From contig NIVC01002232.1 of assembly GCA_002269645.1 (NCBI GenBank), forward strand, positions 1-64,000: DNA of 64,000 nucleotides, given 5' to 3'. The notes beneath the pieces are model-generated. The model saw nothing but the letters and a program-made list of their open reading frames with translations, did no database searches and was not told the origin of the DNA. This DNA is from Macrostomum lignano (lineage: Eukaryota). This document shows positions 1 through 11,960 of this stretch, one piece after another; positions within the stretch are counted from its first letter, which is position 1; every line of letters starts with the position of its first letter. A program made the position numbers and the translations under genes.

Positions 1-57
1 GGCTTGATTTGGAGGTGGGTGGGTGTCAACCCTCCTCGCCTCTCATTGGCTGGCGCC

Positions 58-94
58 CCGATCACTAGGTGATCGATACCCGTATCGATATCGG
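58..94. other. Outer T-shaped hairpin (mirror copy ~8681-8717)
   Basis: CCG-ATCAC TAG GTGAT-CGATAC CC GTATCG-AT-AT-CGG: two adjacent hairpins closed by CCGAT/ATCGG. Confidence 0.75.
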
Positions 95-143
95 CGACTC
101 GAACCCGCGACCCTCCCCAGCCGCAGGCGCACCTACCGATATT

Positions 144-203
144 AGATCCCAATAAATCAATCAGATCCCAAATCAATCAGATCCCAAATCAATCAGATCC
201 CAA
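144..203. repeat. 16-bp direct repeats AGATCCCAAATCAATC (about 3.5 copies; mirror ~8572-8630)
   Basis: Read directly from the sequence. Confidence 0.9.
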
Positions 204-3200
204 GCGCACCCTCCCGAGCCGCAGGCGCCCATGCAGCAGGCGCCCATGCCGCAGGCACCCCGAGTGTACACTCTCCCGATATGTGTGTACACCGATATGT
301 AGTCATCGATACGGGCCTCTTCCCCTCTCTCACCTACATCTCAACTAGCGAAATCGAACCCAGGTCGCGCCCATACTAGGACACTACACGGTTGTGGGGT
401 ATAGGGAGCGAGAAGTTTCAACCCTAACGCTGACGCAGCCCTGTACAGTGAGAGTGTACGGGCAGAGAGGGGTGGGGCGGACAGAGAACCAGCCACTAGG
501 TTGTTATACTGTTGAAGCATAGGGAGCGAGAAGTTTTAACCCCGATGCTGACGCAGCCCTGTACACTGAGCGTGTACGGGCAGAGGGTGGGTGGAAAGAG
601 ATGTGAATAACACAGCCTGCTGCAGGAGCCGGATAGAGAGGCGCATGCTAGGACAGAGAGGTAGTGTGAGTCACACACACCCCACAGAGAAAGCCATACA
701 GAGGATAGAGAGCTCCCTCCCCAGTTGCAGGGGACAGAGAGGCAGGCAGGGTATGCAGGGGCATGCGAACCGTCAAGGGGCCACGCGAGGATAGAGTGGA
801 GGAGCAGAGATGTGTTTGGACAGAGAGCCAGCCACGTGTGCGTAGTGTGAGGGAACAGAAACATATGGAGCAGGAGGGAGATAGGAAGCAAACGCGCAGG
901 GTAAGGGAGCCATGCAGCAGGGAGCAGTGTACAGTGAGACACGGGCAGGGGTGGAGCCGTGCGTGGACAGAGCTGAACGGCACGGTCAGCTGCAGGAATA
1001 GGATGATAGAGAGGCGCGGAGGGGGACAGAGAGCAGTGTGCAGGGTAGGCAGCCACGCAGGCTGGGGAACAGAGAGGCGCGTGTCAGCCAGTTACAGCCC
1101 GGGACAGAGAAGTATGAAGGGGGCCTGGGACAGAGAAGTATGAAGGGGGCCTGGGACAGAGTTGCGAGCAAGGCACAGAGAGAGGTAGGGTCCGGTAGCT
1201 ATGTATAGGCAGGGACCACGCGAGGGCAGGACAGGGCATGCAAGGCATGCAAATTACATGCAAGGGCAGTGAGGTGTGCGCGGAGGGAGACAGAGAGCAG
1301 TGTGTAGGGGTAGGTAACAGCAAACTTTAGTAGAGGCGCGTGCGGGGACGGAGAAACCAGTCTGAGCGTACAGAGACGTTACAGAGAGGTACACAAACAG
1401 AGACCAAAGCGGGCAGAGCACGTGTAGGGACAGAGACGTGAGGGAGAATAGACCAAAACACGCTATGTATTTTCAAAAGTTGGTTTTAGTGCAGCATATT
1501 TAATAGCGGGTAGTATAATAGTATGTACATAGTAGGTATAATGGTAGTAATAATAGTAAGTATATTAGCCCAAAAGGTAGGCTAAAACAGGCTAAACTGT
1601 GTGTACGCATCCTCATCACCCCACAAGCCCCCTCTCCCGCCAGACTCACTCTTCCATACCCTCCTGTATTGCTGTATGAAGGAAAATATAGTGTAAAAAT
1701 ACAGATCTTAACCGTCAGACCGCTGAAATCAGGGCACACTAGAGGGGTTTCGGGGTCTGCATGCTCTATGTAAGCTGTTTCAATTATGTTTTGAAAAAAC
1801 TAGGGGCTTAAATACAACGTTTTATTCAAAAAGTAGGTTATTTTAATGAAATAGCTGACACAATCATTGTCGAGAGTAGAAATTTTTATAAGAAACCAGG
1901 CATTTTAGCAAAAATAAACCTTCAAACCACATAAAATTGAATAAAAAGCAGACATTTTCAATTATAAACCGCAAGTATTTTAATAGAAAAGTAAGCAAAC
2001 AAGGCACAAAACCAGCAAATTTTACCTTTTTATTTTAATGTTACTGATAAGGTAGAGAGTAGAAACTTGTGAGCTGTACGGAGTTAGAAAGTATTAACCA
2101 TTATGTATCGTATGAATTATTAGTTCAGTACCAGCCATTGGTCAAGCGAGCATTTATGAAGTTATTACGAGTGATGAAGGGATAGAGAGCTATATACAGG
2201 AAGACAGTATCCTTCTAAACCACCACGAACAGATTGCTAATAGAGATAAGCTTTGTCTGTGTGCAGTATGAGTAAGCGAAGGCGGGGCAAATACTTTTCC
2301 ACATGCCGGACAGAACAGTATTGTGCTAGGATTTCTCTCGAAATCACGGTACGTTACTAGTTTTTATCACACCATCCAGATGCGTCAACTAGTCAGCAGT
2401 AGTCATTTATATGTTATTAGAACTTACAAACCCAGGTCAAGTAAATATTACAAAGAGTATATTACGTACACACGCCAACTCCGAATACCAAGCCATACTA
2501 GTCTACTTGCAGTGCTCCTGGAGGGAAGGGACGGCGGGGTGTACACCCGGCAGGGTGGGCGTCCAGCGAGTGTACATCTGACAGGATGGGTGTTCAGCAA
2601 GTGTACATCTGACAGGGTGGGCGTTCAGCAAGTGTACCTTCAGCGTCGAGTAGGTGTACACCCGTCAGTGGGGAACTCCACCCCTCCCACCAATGTCGTG
2701 TGCATGCGGTTAGTCAGTATAGTGGTGGGGTAGACGGTGCAGGAAGGAAACCCAGATGCTGACGCTGCCCTGTACAGCGAGCAACCAGCCCCCTGTAGCA
2801 GGGGGGGACAGAGAGTGCGTGGAGGCAGTAGGAGATAGAGGACGCTACCCGGCATGTCGCAGCACGCGGCGCGGGACAGAGGCAGTGTGTAAGTCACCCC
2901 CGCGGAGAGAGCTCCCCTGGCAGGAGGCGCGGGACAGAGAGGCGGTGAATCACACCCCACGGAGAGAGCCGTACAACGAGCTTCCCCACCCGAGTCCGGT
3001 AAATATTACAGAGTATTACGTGCACACACCAGCCCTGAATACCAAGCCATACTAGTCTATCTGCAGTGCTCCCAGAGGGAAGGGATGGTCAGGAGTTACA
3101 CACCAAGAATGCATTCATACAAAGAGTACACAACTCGAGCCCAGACACCAAGTCACAGTCTACTTACAGTAGAGATGGTAGATTAATAGCAAGATTATAT

Positions 3201-4349
3201 TACAATTAGACCTCTCTAGCACATGAGGAGTGAAATTCAATAATAATTGAATTCAATAATAATACAACATTTAGACGTAGTAATTTAATTACAAAATACC
3301 ACTAACACTGAGCCAACGAATTGTAGGTTACAAAGGAGTTGCCACTCATATGGAAAGCCAGTATAATGCAGGTGTGTATTATTAAAACATAGACAAAAAC
3401 GATGCAGACGTATATACACACTATTGATTTTGTACATGTACATTTCGGCATATTACCACACATCGCGGGCACATATTATATATCGGGGGATAGGTTAAAA
3501 TACACACATCGTAGATGTAGAAGCAGACACAATGCAGGAAAATTATGATACGAGTGTACATATTAGTGCGTAAAAGTATCATATTATGACACCCTGTAGC
3601 ACATATTGACATAATGCAGGGGAAAATATTGACAGAAATAGTACACAATTGTAGAGGTAACAACCAGCCAACTAGTAAGGGCATCCAGCACTTGTTCAGG
3701 TTTTTTTATTTCGAGACGAGTGTCATGCCCCCGCAAGAGATCTTATCAGAAATTTGTTGAACTCCACTGCAACTCTCCCAGAGCCTCCAAATGGGAGTTT
3801 TAACACTTGAGGGGATCCCGCTCAATGTACAGTGCGGACGGAGAGGGGTAACAGAAAGCGCTGCATCAGACCGCGGAGCTGCATTCCTCCCCCGAGGTAG
3901 GCGCGTCAGCTCCCACTCCTCATTTAACCATCAAGTAAACTAAAGAAGTCAAGCAGAAAGCCTTACAATCACCCGCAACCAGCACAAGTAAGAGTACTTT
4001 CCACTAGAGAGCCATAGTGCAAGATTCGCGAGCCAAGTTGAAGAAGCACACCAAATTACACTAAAGACATATGTATTAAAAAGCATACCGGCACCTCTAC
4101 AAAAACACAGTATGTACCGATTAAAGTTGCTTTTGGTGCAGTGTATTTAATAAAAAGCAGGTACCTAACACAAAAGTAGGCATCAATGCAGTGCACGGGC
4201 TAAACTGTATTTACAAACGCAGGGCAACGAACTACACACAATGTAGCGCATAGACATAATTGTACACATAAATGTACGCAATTTCCGGTATATAGGACCA
4301 AATGTACGCAAATGTACACAATGTACACAAACACACACACACTCAGGCG

Positions 4350-4424
4350 TATTCACAGCAAGAGCTTCCTGCCGATGGCGCCATCGCCTGCGGCGATCGG
4401 TGCTGCAGGATGCGCTGCAGGATG
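4350..4424. other. Central asymmetric spacer able to fold into a bulged stem capped by a T/Y-shaped hairpin
   Basis: CCG-ATGGCGCCAT-CGCCTGCGGCG-AT-CGG (4372-4400) gives two short arms on a CCG/CGG stem; flanks TATTCACAGCAAGAGCTTCCTG and CAGGATGCGCTGCAGGATG pair only partly. Confidence 0.75.
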
Positions 4425-7400
4425 CGCCTGAGTGTGTGTGTGTTTGTGTGCATTGTGTACATTTGCGTACATTTGGTCCTATATACCGGAGATTGCGTAC
4501 ATTTATGTGTACAATTATGTCTATGCGCTACATTGTGTGTAGTTCGTTGCCCTGCGTTTGTAAATACAGTTTAGCCCGTGCACTGCATTGATGCCTACTT
4601 TTGTGTTAGGTACCTGCTTTTTATTAAATACACTGCACCAAAAGCAACTTTAATCGGTACATACTGTGTTTTTGTAGAGGTGCCGGTATGCTTTTTAATA
4701 CATATGTCTTTAGTGTAATTTGGTGTGCTTCTTCAACTTGGCTCGCGAATCTTGCACTATGGCTCTCTAGTGGAAAGTACTCTTACTTGTGCTGGTTGCG
4801 GGTGATTGTAAGGCTTTCTGCTTGACTTCTTTAGTTTACTTGATGGTTAAATGAGGAGTGGGAGCTGACGCGCCTACCTCGGGGAGGAATGCAGCTCCGC
4901 GGTCTGATGCAGCGCTTTCTGTTACCCCTCTCCGTCCGCACTGTACATTGAGCGGGATCCCCTCAAGTGTTAAAACTCCCATTTGGAGGCTCTGGGAGAG
5001 TTGCAGTGGAGTTCAACAAATTTCTGATAAGATCTCTTGCGGGGGCATGACACTCGTCTCGAAATAAAAAAAACCTGAACAAGTGCTGGATGCCCTTACT
5101 AGTTGGCTGGTTGTTACCTCTACAATTGTGTACTATTTCTGTCAATATTTTCCCCTGCATTATGTCAATATGTGCTACAGGGTGTCATAATATGATACTT
5201 TTACGCACTAATATGTACACTCGTATCATAATTTTCCTGCATTGTGTCTGCTTCTACATCTACGATGTGTGTATTTTAACCTATCCCCCGATATATAATA
5301 TGTGCCCGCGATGTGTGGTAATATGCCGAAATGTACATGTACAAAATCAATAGTGTGTATATACGTCTGCATCGTTTTTGTCTATGTTTTAATAATACAC
5401 ACCTGCATTATACTGGCTTTCCATATGAGTGGCAACTCCTTTGTAACCTACAATTCGTTGGCTCAGTGTTAGTGGTATTTTGTAATTAAATTACTACGTC
5501 TAAATGTTGTATTATTATTGAATTCAATTATTATTGAATTTCACTCCTCATGTGCTAGAGAGGTCTAATTGTAATATAATCTTGCTATTAATCTACCATC
5601 TCTACTGTAAGTAGACTGTGACTTGGTGTCTGGGCTCGAGTTGTGTACTCTTTGTATGAATGCATTCTTGGTGTGTAACTCCTGACCATCCCTTCCCTCT
5701 GGGAGCACTGCAGATAGACTAGTATGGCTTGGTATTCAGGGCTGGTGTGTGCACGTAATACTCTGTAATATTTACCGGACTCGGGTGGGGAAGCTCGTTG
5801 TACGGCTCTCTCCGTGGGGTGTGATTCACCGCCTCTCTGTCCCGCGCCTCCTGCCAGGGGAGCTCTCTCCGCGGGGGTGACTTACACACTGCCTCTGTCC
5901 CGCGCCGCGTGCTGCGACATGCCGGGTAGCGTCCTCTATCTCCTACTGCCTCCACGCACTCTCTGTCCCCCCCTGCTACAGGGGGCTGGTTGCTCGCTGT
6001 ACAGGGCAGCGTCAGCATCTGGGTTTCCTTCCTGCACCGTCTACCCCACCACTATACTGACTAACCGCATGCACACGACATTGGTGGGAGGGGTGGAGTT
6101 CCCCACTGACGGGTGTACACCTACTCGACGCTGAAGGTACACTTGCTGAACGCCCACCCTGTCAGATGTACACTTGCTGAACACCCATCCTGTCAGATGT
6201 ACACTCGCTGGACGCCCACCCTGCCGGTGTACACCCCGCCGTCCCTTCCCTCCAGGAGCACTGCAAGTAGACTAGTATGGCTTGGTATTCGGAGTTGGCG
6301 TGTGTACGTAATATACTCTTTGTAATATTTACTTGACCTGGGTTTGTAAGTTCTAATAACATATAAATGACTACTGCTGACTAGTTGACGCATCTGGATG
6401 GTGTGATAAAAACTAGTAACGTACCGTGATTTCGAGAGAAATCCTAGCACAATACTGTTCTGTCCGGCATGTGGAAAAGTATTTGCCCCGCCTTCGCTTA
6501 CTCATACTGCACACAGACAAAGCTTATCTCTATTAGCAATCTGTTCGTGGTGGTTTAGAAGGATACTGTCTTCCTGTATATAGCTCTCTATCCCTTCATC
6601 ACTCATAATAACTTCATAAATGCTCGCTTGACCAATGGCTGGTACTGAACTAATAATTCATACGATACATAATGGTTAATACTTTCTAACTCCGTACAGC
6701 TCACAAGTTTCTACTCTCTACCTTATCAGTAACATTAAAATAAAAAGGTAAAATTTGCTGGTTTTGTGCCTTGTTTGCTTACTTTTCTATTAAAATACTT
6801 GCGGTTTATAATTGAAAATGTCTGCTTTTTATTCAATTTTATGTGGTTTGAAGGTTTATTTTTGCTAAAATGCCTGGTTTCTTATAAAAATTTCTACTCT
6901 CGACAATGATTGTGTCAGCTATTTCATTAAAATAACCTACTTTTTGAATAAAACGTTGTATTTAAGCCCCTAGTTTTTTCAAAACATAATTGAAACAGCT
7001 TACATAGAGCATGCAGACCCCGAAACCCCTCTAGTGTGCCCTGATTTCAGCGGTCTGACGGTTAAGATCTGTATTTTTACACTATATTTTCCTTCATACA
7101 GCAATACAGGAGGGTATGGAAGAGTGAGTCTGGCGGGAGAGGGGGCTTGTGGGGTGATGAGGATGCGTACACACAGTTTAGCCTGTTTTAGCCTACCTTT
7201 TGGGCTAATATACTTACTATTATTACTACCATTATACCTACTATGTACATACTATTATACTACCCGCTATTAAATATGCTGCACTAAAACCAACTTTTGA
7301 AAATACATAGCGTGTTTTGGTCTATTCTCCCTCACGTCTCTGTCCCTACACGTGCTCTGCCCGCTTTGGTCTCTGTTTGTGTACCTCTCTGTAACGTCTC

Positions 7401-8631
7401 TGTACGTTCAGACTGGTTTCTCCGTCCCCGCACGCGCCTCTACTAAAGTTTGCTGTTACCTACCCCTACACACTGCTCTCTGTCTCCCTCCGCGCACACC
7501 TCACTGCCCTTGCATGTAATTTGCATGCCTTGCATGCCCTGTCCTGCCCTCGCGTGGGTCCCTGCCTATACATAGCTACCGGACCCTACCTCTCTCTGTG
7601 CCTTGCTCGCAACTCTGTCCCAGGCCCCCTTCATACTTCTCTGTCCCAGGCCCCCCTTCATACTTCTCTGTCCCGGGCTGTAACTGGCTGACACGCGCCT
7701 CTCTGTTCCCCAGCCTGCGTGGCTGCCTACCCTGCACACTGCTCTCTGTCCCCCTCCGCGCCTCTCTATCATCCTATTCCTGCAGCTGACCGTGCCGTTC
7801 AGCTCTGTCCACGCACGGCTCCACCCCTGCCCGTGTCTCACTGTACACTGCTCCCTGCTGCATGGCTCCCTTACCCTGCGCGTTTGCTTCCTATCTCCCT
7901 CCTGCTCCATATGTTTCTGTTCCCTCACACTACGCACACGTGGCTGGCTCTCTGTCCAAACACATCTCTGCTCCTCCACTCTATCCTCGCGTGGCCCCTT
8001 GACGGTTCGCATGCCCCTGCATACCCTGCCTGCCTCTCTGTCCCCTGCAACTGGGGAGGGAGCTCTCTATCCTCTGTATGGCTTTCTCTGTGGGGTGTGT
8101 GTGACTCACACTACCTCTCTGTCCTAGCATGCGCCTCTCTATCCGGCTCCTGCAGCAGGCTGTGTTATTCACATCTCTTTCCACCCACCCTCTGCCCGTA
8201 CACGCTCAGTGTACAGGGCTGCGTCAGCATCGGGGTTAAAACTTCTCGCTCCCTATGCTTCAACAGTATAACAACCTAGTGGCTGGTTCTCTGTCCGCCC
8301 CACCCCTCTCTGCCCGTACACTCTCACTGTACAGGGCTGCGTCAGCGTTAGGGTTGAAACTTCTCGCTCCCTATACCCCACAACCGTGTAGTGTCCTAGT
8401 ATGGGCGCGACCTGGGTTCGATTTCGCTAGTTGAGATGTAGGTGAGAGAGGGGAAGAGGCCCGTATCGATGACTACATATCGGTGTACACACATATCGGG
8501 AGAGTGTACACTCGGGTGCCTGCGGCATGGGCGCCTGCTGCATGGGCGCCTGCGGCTCGGGAGGGTGCGCTTGGGATCTGATTGATTTGGGATCTGATTG
8601 ATTTGGGATCTGATTGATTTATTGGGATCTA

Positions 8632-8682
8632 ATATCGGTAGGTGCGCCTGCGGCTGGGGAGGGTCGCGGGTTCGAGTCGCCG
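8632..8682 (+). other. tRNA/SINE-like segment with Pol III B box inside the palindrome arm (mirror ~93-143, minus strand)
   Basis: atcggtaggtgcgcctgc...gggtcgcgggttcgagtc resembles the D-arm to T-arm of a tRNA; a second B-box-like motif gcgacctgggttcgattt lies at ~8407-8424. No complete cloverleaf. Confidence 0.45.
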
Positions 8683-8789
8683 ATATCGATACGGGTATCG
8701 ATCACCTAGTGATCGGGGCGCCAGCCAATGAGAGGCGAGGAGGGTTGACACCCACCCCACCTCCAAAATCAAGCCATACGGAATCCCTT

Positions 8790-9750
8790 AGTAGTGGGGT
8801 AGCTGAGTGTATAAATGGTTGCTGAGTGTTGATTAAGGGTAGCTGAAGGGTTAGCTGACTGTACGAGTATAAATGGTTGCTGAGTGTCTTTAGATGTAGC
8901 TAAGTAGGATGTGGGAGGCTGAGTGTATAAATGATTGCTGAGTGTTGATAAAGGGTAGCTGCAGGGGTAGCTGAGTGTCTATAGATGTAGCTGCAGGGGT
9001 AGCTGAGTGTCTATAGATGTAGCTGCAGGGGTAGCTGAGTGTCTATAGATGTAGCTGCAGGGGTAGCTGAGTGTCTATAGATGTAGCTGAAGGGGTAGCT
9101 GAGTTTCTATAGATGTAGCTGAAGGGGTAGCTGAGTGTCTATAGATGTAGCTGAAGGGGTAGTTGAGTGTCTATAGATGTAGTTGAAGGGGTAGCTGAGT
9201 GTATAAATGGTTGCTGAGTGTTGATTAAGGGTAGCTGAAGGGTTAGCTGACTGTACGAGTATAAATGGTTGCTGAGTGTCTTTAGATGTAGCTAAGTAGG
9301 ATGTGGGAGGCTGAGTGTATAAATGATTGCTGAGTGTTGATAAATGGTAGCTGCAGGGGTAGCTGAGTGTCTATAGATGTAGCTGAAGGGGTAGCTGAGT
9401 GTCTATAGATGTAGCTGAAGGGGTAGCTGAGTGTCTATAGATGTAGCTGAATGGGTAGCTGAGTGTCTATAGATGTAGCTGAAGGGGTAGCTGAGTGTCT
9501 ATAGATGTAGCTGAAGAGGTAGCTGAGTGTCTATAGATGTAGCTGAAGGGGTAGCTGAGTGTCTATAGATGTAGCTGAAGGGGTTGCTGAGTGTCTATAG
9601 ATGTAGCTGAAGGGGTAGCTGAGTGTCTATAGATGTAGCTGAAGGGGTTGCTGAGTGTCTATAGATGTAGCTGAAGGGGTTGCTGAGTGTCTATAGATGT
9701 AGCTGAAGGGGTTGCTGAGTGTCTATAGATGTAGCTGAAGGGGTAGCTGA
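8790..9750. repeat. 32-bp minisatellite (gtagctgaaggggtagctgagtgtctatagat) with a ~390-bp higher-order duplication
   Basis: Tandem units visible; the divergent block at ~8804-8952 recurs at ~9197-9345. Confidence 0.95.
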
Positions 9751-9787
9751 GTCGGACTGTCTACCTCCGACTCAAGGGGTAGCTGAG

Positions 9788-10069
9788 GTGCGCGCCTGTA
9801 CACCGGACTGAAACTGGGCCAGTTACTAACTAAGCTAAGCCTCCGAAACCCTCAGAACTGCCAAGTGTACCCCAACAATGGCCAGGCTTACATCACATTC
9901 TGCTATCCTGAGCATGCGCAAGAGTTTCTTCAGAGATTCAATCGGTAATTGATGAGAATATTTATATTTGTTCTCTCAAAGATTGCATTGTACTTACAAA
10001 TTTCATGACTCCTTTGTTTCTTTCAGAGCGCACCTGAAAGGCTACCAACTGCAGCTGACCCTATGCTAA
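9788..10069 (+). CDS. 3' exons (about 9788-9944 and 10027-10069) of a probable RRM-domain RNA-binding protein; 5' part not found
   Basis: Spliced translation GARLYTGLKLGQLLTKLSLRNPQNCQVYPNNGQAYITFCYPEHAQEFLQRFNR|AHLKGYQLQLTLC*. GQAYITF fits RNP1, followed by the helix/LNG/beta4 pattern; canonical 82-nt GT-AG intron 9945-10026 keeps the frame. Confidence 0.55.
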
Positions 10070-10669
10070 ATAATTAACTTATTTCATCTGAACCATTTGC
10101 TTACTGTCCTGATTTGTTTTAATCAACTCTTTATCCTGTTTTGCTATAAATAACGTTTTTTAAAATTCCTTTCCAAACACAATCTTCCCTAGTCTTGGTG
10201 TTCAGTGACTGAGCCGCGATTAATATATAATATTATATATTTTACATGTAAAATACTTATTTTCTTTCCAGGAAATTAAGAGAACAAAAAATTCTGGAAA
10301 AACTAAATAGAAAACAAATCAACTTTAACAGAAGTACATCGCATAAAAGTACTTTCTTTTGCTGTTGTATCGCGTGTCGCTCTGTCTAAATATTTGTCAG
10401 TTTCTGCTAAAGTTCCAAAATTTCTTATGTGCCGCTTTCAGTAGCTTGTGTGCGAATAAAGGCGTTTTTTGCTTGCTGTTATCCGTTTGAAGCCATCATC
10501 TACTTTGCATATAGCTGGTCTCAATAATAATTTAAACTACTGGTAAATGTTATTTGTTTTACTGATACTTTTAAACGTAGGTTTTTATAGGGGGTTTGTA
10601 GGTTTCTATAGGACTGAAATTTGGCGTTTGGCTGTCTTGTTATTAATTTCTTGGGGTATTGTCTGGTTG

Positions 10670-11075
10670 TAAAGTAGGGAGTTATCTGGTTGTAAACAGG
10701 GGAATTATCAGTTTGTAAACCGGGTAATTATCTGTTTGTAAACAGGGGAATTATCGGGTTGTAAACCGGGTAATTATCTGTTTGTAAACAGGGGAATTAT
10801 CGGGTTGTAAACCGGGTAATTATCTGTTTGTAAACAGGGGAATTATCGGGTTGTAAACCGGGTAATTATCTGTTTGTAAACAGGGGAATTATCGGGTTGT
10901 AAACCGGGTAATTATCTGTTTGTAAACAGGGGAATTATCGGGTTGTAAACCGGGTAATTATCTGTTTGTAAACTGGGTAATTGTCTGATTGTAAACTGGG
11001 TAATTGTCTGATTGTAAACTGGGTAATTGTCTGATTGTAAACTGGGTAATTGTCTGATTGTAAACTGGGTAATTT
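10670..11075. repeat. 23-bp minisatellite (ggggaattatcgggttgtaaacc family) with a 46-bp dimeric variant
   Basis: Tandem units visible; period 46 at 10743-10789. Confidence 0.95.
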
Positions 11076-11409
11076 TCTGGTTGTAAGCAATTTTCCTGTT
11101 AACCTGTTTTAAAAGTTTGCTCAGATGGTTAATCATATTCCTACCCAACTTTTTATTGGCATTATTTAGGTTCAACTTTTTTTAAATCATCGCTCACTAT
11201 TAGCTGCTTTTAGTAGTATGAAAAACTGTCTTTAACTTGTTTAATCAACAATATTTTCCTGTATTTTTATTTAGTATGTATTTTTCATTCAATACTGTGC
11301 ATTTTAACAAGCAGTTTTTATAGGCTTTTGTAGGCTTCTATAGGACTGAAATTTGTCTCTTGGTTGTGAGAGTGGCGTTTGGCTGTCTTGTTAGTAATTT
11401 CCTGTGGAA

Positions 11410-11960
11410 TTGTCTGGTTGTAAACTGGAATCATCTAATTGTAAACTGAGAATTGTCTGTTTTAAACGGAGATATTGTCTGGTTGTAAACTGGGGAATTG
11501 TCTGGTTTAAAACTAGGGAATTATCGGGCTGTAGACTGGGGAATTATCGGGTTGTAAACCGGGGAATTATCGGGTTGTAAACCGGGGAATTATCGGGTTG
11601 TAAACCGGGGAATTATCGGGTTATAAACCGGGGAATCGTCTGGCTGTAAGCTTGAGAATTATCTGGTTATAAACCGGGGAACTATCGGGTTGTAAACCGG
11701 GGAATTATCGGGTTGTAAACCGGCGGGGAATTATCGGGCTGTAAACCGGCGGGGAATTATCGGGTTGTAAACCGGGGAATTATCGGGTTGTAAAACGGGG
11801 AATTATCGGGTTGTAAACCGGTGAATCGTCTGGCTGTAAGCTGGGGAATTATTGGGTTGTAAACCGGGGAATTATCGGGTTTTAAACCGGGGAATTATCG
11901 GGTTGTAAACCGGGGAATTATCGGGTTGTAAACCGGGGAATTATCGGGTTGTAAACCGGG
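11410..11960. repeat. Second array of the same 23-bp minisatellite, within a diverged ~0.75-0.85-kb tandem duplication
   Basis: Flanks at ~10595-10660 match ~11325-11400, and ~11185-11270 match ~12060-12140. Confidence 0.9.

Larger units (their letters stand above)
1..8775. repeat. Giant inverted repeat (palindrome): arms 1-4349 and 4425-8775 around a 75-nt asymmetric centre
   Basis: Base 1 (ggcttgattt...) pairs with 8775 (...aaaatcaagcc); actcaggcg 4341-4349 pairs with cgcctgagt 4425-4433. ORF track is mirrored (e.g. 496..1056- = 7719..8279+; 3421..3684- = 5090..5353+). Arms differ by homopolymer indels and a few transitions. The left arm may continue beyond the window. Confidence 0.97.

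Noticed and set aside
2048-2560. Long frame free of TGA (open if TAA/TAG were Gln) suggesting an alternative genetic code
   Set aside because: Not significant given six frames, the product resembles nothing recognisable, and neighbouring genes use the standard code.
4350-4424. Sequencing adapter at the palindrome centre
   Set aside because: The centre does not resemble a SMRTbell-type adapter. An artefact is still not fully excluded.
496-8279. ORFs inside the palindrome as viral Rep/capsid or transposase genes
   Set aside because: They are short, compositionally biased and frameshifted between arms; I found no HUH, Walker A, RT or DDE motifs.
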